DNA of 64,000 nt, counting the filler, from Sphacelaria rigidula (Eukaryota): assembly GCA_964200075.2 (NCBI GenBank). It is 11 parts of 11 records of this genome, joined end to end, with 100 filler letters (N's around TTAATTAATTAA, not from the genome) between each part and the next. Parts side by side here need not be neighbours in the genome. Positions count along the whole stretch, not along the records: positions 1 to 5,728 come from CAXNAA020024908.1; positions 5,829 to 11,556 come from CAXNAA020024909.1; 9 more parts are not named here. One strand, written 5' to 3'. Below the pieces are notes generated by a model. It worked only from the letters and a program-made list of their open reading frames with translations. It did not search any database and was not told where the DNA came from. Of this stretch, positions 1 to 11,556 are shown in pieces. Positions within the stretch are counted from its first letter, which is position 1, and each line of letters starts with the position of its first letter. The position numbers and the translations under genes are program-made.

Positions 1-51
1 AAGATTTTGATTGTACGGGTTTCTCATCCCCAATTTGTAAGATCCCGTGTT
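1..51. mobile_element. Truncated right end of the AACACGGG-family fold-back MITE
   Basis: ...tttgtaagatcccgtgtt matches the right TIRs of the elements at 5895-6340 and 8267-8704. Confidence 0.75.
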
Positions 52-102
52 ATTGGCGCTGCTTCAGCAGCTTGCGAAATCACCACCCAGCCTCGAGTAT
101 AG

Positions 103-516
103 AACAGAGGATTCTATAAAATGAGGTTCATTAATGAAATGATGTTCGAGCCCAAAACAGTGCTTTCTCCACACTTTCAGCGATGGTGCCCGATTACTTT
201 TTTGTCGGCCTAATGCCCCTCGATCGCGTAGATACTTCTTCAGCGCAATTCACCGACTCTGTGAGCTTACAGGGCTGACCGAAACTGCTGTTTTCCCTGA
301 TATCACCCCCCTAAAAAATAAGTAGAAATGGCGGTTTCGGACTGCGCTGTAAGCTCACAGAGTCGATAAAATGCGCTGAAGAAGTATCTACGCGATCGAC
401 GGGTATTAGGCCGACAAGAAAGTCATAGGGCACCATCGCTGAAAGCGTGGAGAAAGTACTGTTTTGAGCTCGAACCTCATTTCATTGATGAACCTCATTT
501 TATAGAATCCTCTGTT
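103..516. mobile_element. Fold-back MITE (AACAGAGG...CCTCTGTT) with 4-bp TSD ATAG, inserted in the gypsy protease region
   Basis: Arms of about 190 bp are near reverse complements. ATAG at 99-102 and 517-520. Removing it restores QPRV*GGFGDS, colinear with QPRVWGGFGDS in the copy near 38270. Confidence 0.9.
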
Positions 517-3246
517 ATAGGGCGGTTTTGGTGACTCCACCGCACCTTTGACTACACGAAAATCAGTACGTCCCAGTGTGCAATTCTGTCACAACACAAC
601 TCCTTCTACACAGCCTTGCAGTCTGGGCATATGCCTTCCCCGACAGCACCATGGCTCACGCCTTGCTACAGGGCAGAGGTGGCTACATGCGGTTTGATCA
701 ATGCACCTACCACACGCTACCACCACTATCGCCACGCTCTGCGCCTCGTGGAGAAATCAACCTTGAATAGTTCGGTATTCTTCATGACGCATTGGCCTAT
801 CGGAAAAGTGAACAAGCTACCGGAGCTGCTTACGACCTACGATACGATAGTAGTACTGGTGTTACCCTCTCCGATGATTTCAACTGCTAGAAGTTGCCCT
901 CGTTCGCCGAAATGGCATGCCTGCCCTGACGGGACATTACCTCGCCGAAGTACTCCCTCTGGTTGGTGCGCCTGCCGGCACCCAGCACTTTGTCTCAGCA
1001 GGAACATAACTTTAGCCCCTCACGGGTCGTACTAACTTGGAACCCGGTGATGTTTTGGGTATCGTTGCTGCTCCCCTAAGGCACATTCCACTTGAGACAT
1101 GTACCACTGAACCCTCGGCGCCCAACTCGGCGCCTCCGACAGACCGTTCTGTCAATTGCGTCGATGGGCCTCATTTCGACATCACCTCTTCGTCCCCATC
1201 ACGTATCTACAACGTGGATCCTGCTCAATCAACTTCCGACCCTCCTCCTGAAGTGCTCCACCGCCTATCACCAGAATCTCGGGAACGTTTCTTGCACATG
1301 TGGAATCAACTTCCACTACATTTACGTGACATCAACTTTGACCTACATGGGCCCGGTTGAGAACCCGCAGTCGTCAAAGCATTGAGCGATGTTGTATTGC
1401 AGTACCAAGACCGATTTTCTCGATCCAAAACGGATCTTGGGTATTGCAAAACGCTGCCCTTTGAAATTAAATTACACTTCAACCTGGCGCTTCAACCATC
1501 TCTTCCTGATCGTATCGGACGAATTCCATCCTTACCAAACAAGTTAACGCTATCTTCGATGCGTACTTAGGTGCCGGATTTATCCAACACTCCTCTTCTC
1601 CATGGGCCTCACCCCTAGTGGTAGTCCCCAAAAAGGATGGAAACATATGCATCACCGTGAGTTATCAACGACTTGAGGAAACTTGCAATCCCTCGCATAG
1701 ATGAAGTCTTCGACTCTCTAGGCGAAGGTAAAATATTCAGTATCTTCGATCTCGCTTCTGAATTTTTCCAGAATGTCATTCACCCTGACACAATCCCACT
1801 GACAGCATTCTGCACATCTTCCGGGCTCTACAAATGACTCCGTATGCCACAAGGCGCCGCCATTGCACCAGGTTGTTTCTAATGCTTAATGCAACGCGTC
1901 ACAGAGAATCTCGAACACGTCATCGTGCACTTGGACGACACTATCGCCTTCGATGCCTCCCCTTTTGCGCATGTGCGCACCTTACGAGAGTTTTTTTTTC
2001 GCCAACGGACGCACGATTTGAATCCATCCAAAAGCTCGTCTTGGCGCGTCTAAATTAGATTTCGTGGGACATTCAGTTTCACCGGCGGCCCTACACCCGG
2101 AAACCAACAAAGTCAGAGCAATGGCTCAATTACCGATGCCCACGAACATTACTCAGCTCCGCTTATTATCGGGTGGGCTGTCTTACTATCGCAACCTTTT
2201 GCCTAACCTGTTCAAATGGATTCGTCCCATTACGGACTTGCCTTAAAAAGACGACGCGTTTGTCCTCACCAAAGACATGGAAGCTATCGCTCGCCATATG
2301 CTGAAGACGCTTACCGACAAAACGGTTCTCTGTTTTCCAGACTGGAAGGCGGTGCAAATGGCCCTCGCCTCTTTCAAATCACACAGACACCAGCACCGAC
2401 GGCTTCGGCGTGGTTTTGAATCAACCTCAACCCGGTGGCTCTGTTCGATCCATCCTCTATATCAGCCGCGCCACCCTGCCAAACGAGGCCAACTGATATG
2501 GAGGGCGGGGTCATCATTTGGGCCATGAAGCGCCTTCGACAACATTGTTCCACGTGCCTTTCCAAATCTGCACGGATCACGGAGCACTTGAACAACTCGC
2601 TAAGGTTGGCAAACATAATCTGCGTGTGCAACGCTGGTTGGAGTTCCTGACAGCTTATCAGTATACTGCCAAACACCGCCAAGGCAAAGCCAGTGGGAAT
2701 GCTGACCTTGTCTTCCGTCTGCTCCTTCCCCCAACGGCCGTAAACTTCAGACCAGCTTGCCACTTAACCGAACCCGGTGAACCAGGCGTGTACCATATCC
2801 GGCGTTTATCAACATCCATTCACGCCCTTGACCTTCATTGCCCAGAGACGGGTATGAACATGGGCGGCCTTCGCCCCCTACCGTATGTTTCAGTCTTGGG
2901 TGGGCTATAGCCCACAAATGCCGATTTTGTCGATTTGCGCACTATCCGTCCTCATGCAAATATTCCAGTTCCACCACCCCCAGGCGTCCATCTCATTTCC
3001 TACGATAAGCGCTCTCGGTCTGCCATCCGCACAAACCCTCCCCGCGTCCCGCCGCCGCCGACAACACCTACTGCTCCCACGAGCAACGGAGCACCAGCTC
3101 CCCGCAACAGCGCACCACGAGCCTTGTCGACACCCGCCACGCGCGATTCTCACAAAACGCGTCGAGCACGCTCTCCGGCACGCACTTATTCGACCACGCC
3201 GCCCTCCGCGGCACCGTCAGTGCCCACCCCTTCTGATAATTCCGAT

Positions 3247-3501
3247 GAGTCATGCTACGATGGGGGGGGGGGAGGGTATTTTGGGCCGTTTTCTTCCACG
3301 AAATTTTACTTCAAATCGTCATTAATAGCAGGGACGGTTGTTCAAACGCGCTTGCTTCCGATATATAATGCTCATTCATACTGCTTGACACCGGTTTTAC
3401 CGGAATACAAGCGCACCGCGAGTGTGTCAGGTCGTCTGAAGCATTTATAAGCCCATTTTTTCGTGGAATCAAACACCCCCACCCCTATCGTAGCATGACT
3501 C
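3247..3501. mobile_element. 255-bp MITE, TIR GAGTCATGCTACGAT plus G-run, 4-bp TSD CGAT (Sola2-like termini)
   Basis: The 15-bp TIR is perfect. CGAT at 3243-3246 and 3502-3505. Excision restores the gypsy linker frame SDNSDVHIDVGT (compare SDPDSDMEIEVGV near 22300). Confidence 0.9.
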
Positions 3502-5728
3502 CGATGTACACATCGACGTTGGCACCTCCACCCCGTCGCCTGTCCCACCGCTCCCTGAGTCACCATACATGATCGGCTCTCCGGCGGAAGGCCAACTGTG
3601 CGAGTTCCTCGCCATTTACTCCCATCGTGATTGGGCCATTATGCCGCGCAACCATGCGGTGCCTCCATGCTGGCTGCCCTGCCCCTATTCCCGCCGAGGT
3701 TCTGGCCCCGGTTGGTACACTGCCACCTCCAAACGCCTCTGAGGTGTACAAACTCGCACGTAAAGATACTATCTTCACAACTGGTGACGATAATTAACTG
3801 CTTTCCGCCGCGCTACGCCCCAGCCGGGTGTAAATTCACCCGCGACCACTGGACGTCATGCACACCTACTCGATAATGAGCCCACCCGCATTCATGTCCT
3901 TTTTTTATGAGACCATGGGTAACGAAAGGCTGCCGCGCTGACCTATCTTGCCACCTTGGTGTCACGCGCACATTGGCGTTGCTCGAACGTTTCTACTGGT
4001 GGATCGGTATGGAAGTGTACACCCGCTTCTGGATTCGGCAATGCTTCAAGTGTCAAGCTCGCAGAACCTCACGGCAGACAATACGTTGGCCAGTCATTTC
4101 AATGGCACTTCCCAACGCTCCTGGTCCGGTCCTTTACCGGCCACTGGCCGTGGCAACACCTACACCTTACTCTTTACCGACCGCTCCAGCCGTCATGCGT
4201 CCATGTACGCAGTCACCGTGGAGGCTTCACAGCGGCAGGCACAGCTAACATCTTAGTTCACGTCTATATCAAGCTCTATGGTTGTCCGAAACAGCTCCTC
4301 TCCGACAATAGTCAGCAATTTTGCTCCGATCTCTCGGACGAACCGTATACGCTCCTGGTCATTCGCAAGATAGCCGCGAGCGCTTACCACCCTAGTGGTA
4401 ACGGTGGTACTGAAAGAGTTAACCACACCATGGCCCAGATGCTATCTATGGTAGTCAACGATCGTCAAAACGATTGGGATCTCCATCTTTCATATACCAT
4501 GCTGTCTTATAACAACTCGGTCAACGCTGCTACCGGTCTCTCTCCGGACGAGTTACATCTCGGCCGCTACCCCCGTCTGCCCATCACCGTGTTTGAGATA
4601 CACACCTTTGATGGCCACCAAGGCTTGGATCAGGATCAGATATCCTACCATGACCTGGCGCGTGCACGCCAGCGCAAAGCTTTCACCCTCGTGCGTGAAC
4701 AGCATGTTATCAGCGCTTCGCGCCTTGAGAGATCTATTAGTGCTCTCTACAATGTGATGCACAGACGCCCTACCTGGAAGATCGGCGATTGGGTTTGGGT
4801 TTACAACAGTTTGTCGACCACCCGCCAAGGCGCCGACAGAGCCGCCAAAGAGACAGTCTTGAAGACTAAGTTATCTCTCAAGTGGACAGGACCATTCAAG
4901 ATCCCGACCGTAGGGCCCTCGCCATCGTCACCTAACGGCAAGCCTGTTGGCGACAAGTTTCTTTACCTCGATCTCCCTCGCGATCTTCAGCGACATGATG
5001 CTGAATCTCACGTTTCTATGCACCGTTGCAAACCTTGCCCAAATCCGCATGACACTAACGGCATGCCCAAATATCTGCCTGCCCGTCTCACGCAAGATGT
5101 GCTTAACAGCTATTCGACTAAGTCAACGCCTTATCACGTTACCACTGATGACGTGACGGAATAACCCCTTCGCCTAGCCGTGTCCGATATCTCTTGTCAC
5201 CAGATCACTCGCGGTCGGGGCGGTAAAATTGCTGTCATGTACACAACTCACTGGCAAGACCTTCGGACAGCATCCTGGGAACGTGAATCCGACCTTCAGC
5301 TGCACCGCCGAGCTATCTTCCTGTATTGGACACAACCCCAGCAGCAACATCTTGCTAACAACAAGAAATATCGCGACATGCGCCGCGGCGCAGCAGTCCG
5401 CGAACTTCACCGTGAGAAAGGTTTGCGCTTTGTCGCCGATGGTGATGAATTGATACCCACCAAGCATTAGGAAGCAAAGATCCGCGCAAAACAGGGAGTC
5501 CTCCCTAAAGACGCCTATCTGCGGTACAAAGGCTGCTACAACCTCTGGTGGCTGGGCCGGACCCACTCCGCCAACCTGAACGCGACATATCCATTGTGCG
5601 CTTCATCGATGACCCTGGACACGTGAAGCTCAAGCTCCACCCAGAGCTATATATAGTAGTCAGCGTCAGAAGTTTTCAGAATTCGTAGTCGTCCTTTTTT
5701 CTGCGTTTTTCTGGAGTATCGTTCTTCA

Positions 5729-5828
5729 NNNNNNNNNNNNNNNNNNNNNNNNNNNNNNNNNNNNNNNNNNNNTTAATTAATTAANNNNNNNNNNNNNNNN
5801 NNNNNNNNNNNNNNNNNNNNNNNNNNNN
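5729..5828. other. Artificial concatenation linker (N44-TTAATTAATTAA-N44). Identical copies start at 11557, 17385, 23213, 29041, 34869, 40697, 46525, 52353 and 58181
   Basis: Ten identical 100-bp spacers at an exact 5828-bp period. TTAATTAATTAA gives stops in all six frames. Confidence 0.98.
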
Positions 5829-5894
5829 TTTAATCCTCCGGGTTCTCATCCTCAATCAATAGCACCATCCTCAACATAGATGATTGGCTGTTTT

Positions 5895-6340
5895 AACACG
5901 GGATCTTACAAGTAGGGGATGGATCTTTTATTAAGGATGAGAAACCCGGAGAATTAAAATCTTCGTATCCACACCAGATCTTCGGAACATCGTTCCATTT
6001 TTTCACCTACTGATGGCTATTGACAACTGCAACACGCAATAGAAATTTAAATTTCGATCACCGGAATGTTGGGGTCCTAGTAGGTGAAAACCAATTTCGG
6101 AACCATTTTGGCGTCCATTCGGACACCCGGAATTCCCCAAAATTGGTTTTTCACCTGGGACCCCAACACTTTGGTGATCGAAATCCAATTTTTCATGGCG
6201 TGTAGCAATTGTCAATAGCTATCAGTAGGTGAAGAAATGAAACCATATTTCAAAGATTTGGTGTGGATACGAAAATTTCAATTCTCGGGGTTTCTCATCC
6301 CCGATAAAAGATCCATTCCCAATGTGTAAGATCCCGTGTT
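5895..6340. mobile_element. Fold-back MITE (AACACGGGATCTTACA...TGTAAGATCCCGTGTT)
   Basis: Palindromic over almost its whole length. Flanks TTTT/ATTT (imperfect 4-bp TSD). Second copy at 8267-8704. Confidence 0.88.
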
Positions 6341-7430
6341 ATTTCCCTGTCCTGCGTTATTCCCGAGATGATGAGGAGTATAGATTTCGTCCGTGAAGTA
6401 ATAAAAAGGCTCAGTTTCCACCTAGGACTGCGGTGAACGACAAGAAGAGTGAAGCGAGTTTTGGGCAACTACCCCTTTGTTTTCAACGATCGTACCAGCT
6501 TTTTCACTCAGACCCGCGGTCGAAAGATGGGAGGTGGCCGGGCAAATCACACATGCAAAAGTTCATCCCGTGGTGGGGAGTATCTCGGTGCGGTGACCAG
6601 CTGCCGGTGGTAGTTTCCCCGAGCTAAACAAACACTCCATCAACCAAAAATCTTCGCGTGAGAAAAGCCCGAGCATCGGCACATCTGTACGCAGTAACCT
6701 GGATTCACGATAAGAATGTCAAAAAAAGATACATGTCCACTGGTCCACTGGTACACGCAACCAACCAGAACCAGCACGTGCTTTACCGCGCAGTCGGCGA
6801 CGAGTTGTGTACATCCGTCTGGTCAGTTTTCTTTCTCTTTTGTTTTCCCTCTCTTTTTCTCTCGTTTTCTTTCCCCCTCTGTAGCGTTTTCCTCCCCCGC
6901 CGCACATACATATCGCCGTGAATCTTGTCGCCCCGCCTTCGATCTCGTCGTGTCATTGAGATGCTTCTTCTGGTTGCTTGTCCCCGGTTTTTTGGTTCGA
7001 CCTCGAATTTTCTCAGGTTGTCGGTTAGCCATGCCCATAACGTTTTCCCCCCTCCCTCGCCCGCCCCCTCAACGTCCGAAACGCCACCCATCATCCTCCT
7101 GGATCAGCGTTCGTCGTTCAGGCGTACAATTTGCTCAACGAACGAGAATGTCCGTCTGCGGATGATTATCTGGATCCTCTCGCACCCAGCCCCCTCGAAG
7201 GCTATCGCGTAGGGGTAGACGTATTCCGGGGGTCTGCGGAATTGTCGGATGCACAGCAGCAAGAGTCATGATGGGTGGCGTGCCGTTTGTCGTCGTCGGT
7301 CTTTTTCGGCTCCCACGAAGAGGGGCCGCAGAGGGGGACTTTGAGCAATCCGACTTTCGAGATCCGGATCTTGCGATCCAGGGGCAGCGCTGAAGTTTAG
7401 TTGTTGTAGAGGACTCGGCCAAAGTTCCTG

Positions 7431-7841
7431 TGTTAGATATACAACATATCCAATGAGCTAAACAGTCAGCGCTGACTATCAGCTCAGTGGATATGTTGTA
7501 TATCTGACAAAAGTACAACCGGGGTTCGATCCCTCCGGGAACGATCTTGACGCCTTTTTCTGCAGAAGGAAATAATCTGAGAAAAGTCTGGGACACACAC
7601 CTGAAAGCGTGGTACACATCTCCAGTCGTCAGGATGAAGACACATATTCCCGCCTGTAAGCCGGCGAATCGCTTGGGGCAGCGCTGATTAAAGGGATTAC
7701 AACCCTTGGGTAGACCCCGGAGTCCAACAGTCTAACCAGCTGTCGGACCCAGCTTGAACTTTTGTTAGATATACAACATATCCACTGAGCTGAACACTTA
7801 GCGCTGACTGTTAGCTCGGTGGATATGTTGTATATCTAACA
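7431..7841. mobile_element. 411-bp non-coding element, TGT...ACA termini, 5-bp TSD TCCTG, each terminus a 79-bp palindrome
   Basis: TCCTG at 7426-7430 and 7842-7846. Hairpins tgttagatatacaacatatcca...tggatatgttgtatatct(g/a)aca at 7431-7509 and 7763-7841. Inverted similarity extends about 20 bp further inward. Confidence 0.88.
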
Positions 7842-8266
7842 TCCTGTACCTCCGCCACGGGAGTCCGGTTCGGTGTTTGAGCTGGGTGGTAATGTCGGCC
7901 TCTTCTTTCGCGGATGTTCCTAGGTACAGCAAGTTCTCTGCTTGACACACCGCTGCCCCGCTCCCTTCATACCCACTTTGTGCGCTTTTAATGCGGTGCA
8001 GACAAAAACATGGTCTCCGTCTCCTTCAACACTGTCAGTCCGAATACTTCGCACGCTCGGATAATAACCGGCATCATCCTGACGAGGAGCACCTGTGATC
8101 TTGACACAATATGAGCATCATCGGCGTACGTTATAATTCTTGCTGAAATGGCTTTTATCTTCCCTCATACCCGATCCTCGCATTTTGGACTGCTGTACCA
8201 CCCTCTTCTCCTTGTAGCCTTGGCCTGGTGCTACTATCTCCGGCCATCGTGGCCCCTCCCTCCTTG

Positions 8267-8704
8267 AACACGTGAGTTTATAAATTGGGGATGGATCTTT
8301 TATTGGGGATGAGAACCCGGAGAATTGAAATCTTCGTATCCACACCAGGTGTTTGAAGTATGCTAAGCTGTTTCCATTCCTTCACTTGCTGGTAGATATT
8401 GATAACTACTACACGCCATACAAGCTTGGATTTCGATAACCAAAATATCGGGGTCCTAGGTGAAAAACCAATTTTGGCGTCCGATCGGACACCTGAAACC
8501 CCCCAAAATTGGTTTTTCATCTAGGATCCCGACATTTTGGTTATCGAAATCCAAATTTATATGGCGTGTAGTAGTTGCCAATAGCTACCAGCAAGTGAAG
8601 GAATGGAAGCACACTTCGAAGATTTGGTGTGGATACAAAATTTTGATTCCCCGGGTTCTCATCCCCAATAAAAGATCCATCCCCAATTTGTAAAATCCCG
8701 TGTT
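8267..8704. mobile_element. Fold-back MITE, same family as 5895-6340
   Basis: aacacgtgagtttataaattggggatggatc ... gatccatccccaatttgtaaaatcccgtgtt. Flanks CTTG/CTTT. Confidence 0.88.
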
Positions 8705-10214
8705 CTTTTCCTTTCCCTGTCGAGGGTTGCCGTCGGTTGACAACAACGCTGTAAAACAGGCCACTCACTGCCTAAGCTAGGTAACCGGGTTGCGTTTTTT
8801 TCGGCCTGCGGTTTTTGCGGTTGCCATGGTGGTGGTCGAGTTACAGCAAATTGTGCCGAGTGTCAGAATCTCAACTCCGCTCAAAGGGCTTGATCGTACT
8901 ACGTAGTGTTATATGGCGAGATACCCATGTGGCGGTGTAAGCCGTGGCTGTCTCTGGAAGTGGCGACACCAGCAAGTGAATCAACTCATCAGAGACTGTC
9001 ATCTATGTGCAATATAATGGGTACGCCTCGGACCGAACAATCTTTGAAAGATGCAGCTCACCCTTCATGCGACTCGCCGAACACATCACGGCGCTTCGCG
9101 TGTGGTAATCGCGAGCCTGTTCCGGTGCTTTTGCTCCGTCTCGAAAGGGGATGCGTGGTCAATGGTCTAACGACTAAAGCAAGCAACAAATGAGTACCCC
9201 CCCCCCCCTCCCCCCTCCCCTTTCCCTTTTCCTGTCCGTGATTGACACCATGTCATTGAACACCATATCATCTCGTACGAAGACTTCCTTTACAGGGTTC
9301 TGGACGGCGATTAAAACGAGGGGGCCCTATTCTGGAATTTGAGGCACACCGCCTACCCAACCCCTCCCGCGGGGGGCGAAACATCAAGTTTTAGACACCC
9401 AAGAATTGGAAATATTGGGGACTGCACCAGCCGATATTTGCATTGACTCGTGTGCTTTTTGCGTCTCTTCGCGGTATGCCGTGCCGTGGCATGGTACTAA
9501 CCACCCTGGACCGGACGTGCCCATATATTAGAACTGGAGGTACGACCCCCGCGAAGTGGTGATTAGAACGTAGGACAAGAATAGATGAAGCGAAAACGGC
9601 ACGTAAAGGATCGAGCGTAGCGTGATGTGAGATAAGCGGATCAGGAAATAATCGTACAGCGCGCATGGTACAGCAAATTGAATCCCATCGCATCAAGAAT
9701 AGGATCATTGGGCGCAACCATTCGTTTGTTCCTGGCTATTGTGGAGCTCGGGGGCTAGACATCCTGCCCAAGCACCGTGGTCCCCAGGTAACTGCTTTGT
9801 CAGACGCGCGACAGGCGGTCTGTCTTCTATTTCTGCCGACGAGGAGACTTAATTTGCCACCTCAGCCCCCAATGACGAAGCTCACCCACGATGAAGTGGC
9901 ACGACAAGACACCTACATCTCCGTGAGCCGAAGGCTGCAGGCGGGTGGTCTCCACGTCTAGCTAGGTGCTGGAGAACATCTTGATACCCTCCGGGGGTAC
10001 GACATTCGCTGGTTGCTAGATATTACCCCTCCCGCCCCCTCTCACCCCCTCCCAAATCCCCAAATGTCAACATTGGGGCCTTTAATATATTGATTTCACC
10101 TCACGTGCACCGGTGGTGATGGTTGAATAACAGCGGGGTCAACTAGCATTATGTTGTTGGTGACCACATACGATTTCGAACGGATACGATGATTCCAGAA
10201 TACACTGCCCCGCA

Positions 10215-10900
10215 TCTTGCGTGATTGGCGAATGATTGCCATCATCTTAGCGAGAATCCCGAACCGCGCAAGCACGGTTCCGCGGAGGGTGCGGTCGACC
10301 GAGTCACGCACATTCGTTAGGTCAATAAAGCACATGTACAACAAAGTATTCCCGACTCGACCGAGCTCGTGTAGTTTTGTCGCCGCGAGCGTTGGCCGCG
10401 GCAAGCTGTTCCTCTAGGAGGACTTTGTTGCTCTCCAGGTGTGCGCTGGGCCAGCTCGCTACGATCTTCGGCAGTACTTTGCCAGCCTCTACCTCATCAA
10501 CTAGTGATACATCTCTTGAGTTGGCATACCCCGCTCGGTCTTTCTTCTTCTGTACGACCTTGTTAACAGAGTCTGTCCATAGCTAGGAATGTTCCTCTTT
10601 TCTCCACACCCTACCGGCGATTTCTTGAACCTTTTACAGAATAGTGTGGTTCTCCCGCATGCCTAGTTTCCACGTTTCGCACGTAGATAATCGGGTTCAG
10701 TTGCATTCCCATTCGCCGACATACCTCAGGCGTTCCGACGGTTGGCGCCGCAACGAGCTCCGTCTGGAAGGGGGTCTGCGGGGTTCGCCTCACGATGCTT
10801 GGGGCGATGGTGCTCGCCTCTGCGGCCAGTCGCTCGTGGAAGTATCTACCCCACCTCTTGAGGATGTTCGTAGGGTCGCTCAGTAAGCTACCGTAGCGAG
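10215..10900 (-). mobile_element. Degenerate LINE (RTE-like) reverse transcriptase fragment
   Basis: LYMCFIDLTNVRDSVDRTL..VLARFGI..KMMAIIRQ resembles the non-LTR RT motif F.DL.KAYDSVDR. Also KKKDR..Y..SR.VSLV and ILKRWGRYF upstream. Multiple frameshifts. Confidence 0.85.
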
Positions 10901-11485
10901 GGAGAGAAGGCCACCAACATCGCGACGAGCGTGCCGACTCGGCTGGTTCGATCCAGCACTCGCGCACAGATTGAGACTGCATGGCAGGTGAGACATGGCG
11001 CGCCACAACCCGCAGGGGTCGCCCCAACGCTTACATCACTCTTGAAAAGTCTCTTGGTAGCGTACAACACGCTCTAGGAGGGATTGATACATCATTATGA
11101 AATTAATGATTCCCCGCACTACAGGTTGGTTTACGCCGACCACCCGAAATTGTATCGTCAGCAAATGACTTTCGCAATATCTACCCATAAGTCGCATACA
11201 TGACATCATACTGACCACCATGGAAAGCTGAAGGGCGTGACATAGCCGGATTTGTGCTCAAGGGTATAGTAGTGGCACTGAAGGCGAAAATACACCTCGA
11301 CCAATCAGCGTCACTCTAATAGCTCTGAAGTCGGAAATACGAATTCCTAGTCCGATTTCCATCCAATCCCCACATGCTTTAAAACGTAGCAAGCGCCATC
11401 AGCTCGGGAAACTAACGGAAAAATAACTGAATACGATTCCTAAGGGGTTGAATTATTCCTAAGGCGTCGTCTAATTTCCACCAAT

Positions 11486-11556
11486 AACAGCCTGGATCCG
11501 TTTTTGAGGTTCAACATTTTAATGAGTTTCAACTCGAAAACAGTGCTTCCCCTGAC
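11486..11556. mobile_element. Truncated left end of a MITE related to 103-516
   Basis: AACAG start, then tgaggttca...aatga...aaaacagtgctt, similar to 121-166. Confidence 0.5.

Larger units (their letters stand above)
52..5650 (+). mobile_element. pol: Degenerate Ty3/gypsy retrotransposon internal region (protease C-terminus, spacer, RT, RNase H, Pro-rich linker, integrase, chromodomain-like tail)
   Basis: Fragmented frames give SPWASPLVVVPKKDG, YLDD mutated to HLDD near 1928-1939, and RNase H TDH..VQRWLEFL..NADL. Integrase motifs: HLGVTRT..CFKCQAR and AYHPSGNGGTERVNHT. Domain order RT-RH-IN is gypsy. Many stops and frameshifts. Homologous to 20757-23212 and 35150-40478. Confidence 0.95.

Noticed and set aside
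6341..6352. TTTCCCTGTC downstream of both AACACGGG MITE copies as a target-site preference
   Set aside because: The offset differs between copies, and the third copy (position 52) lacks it.
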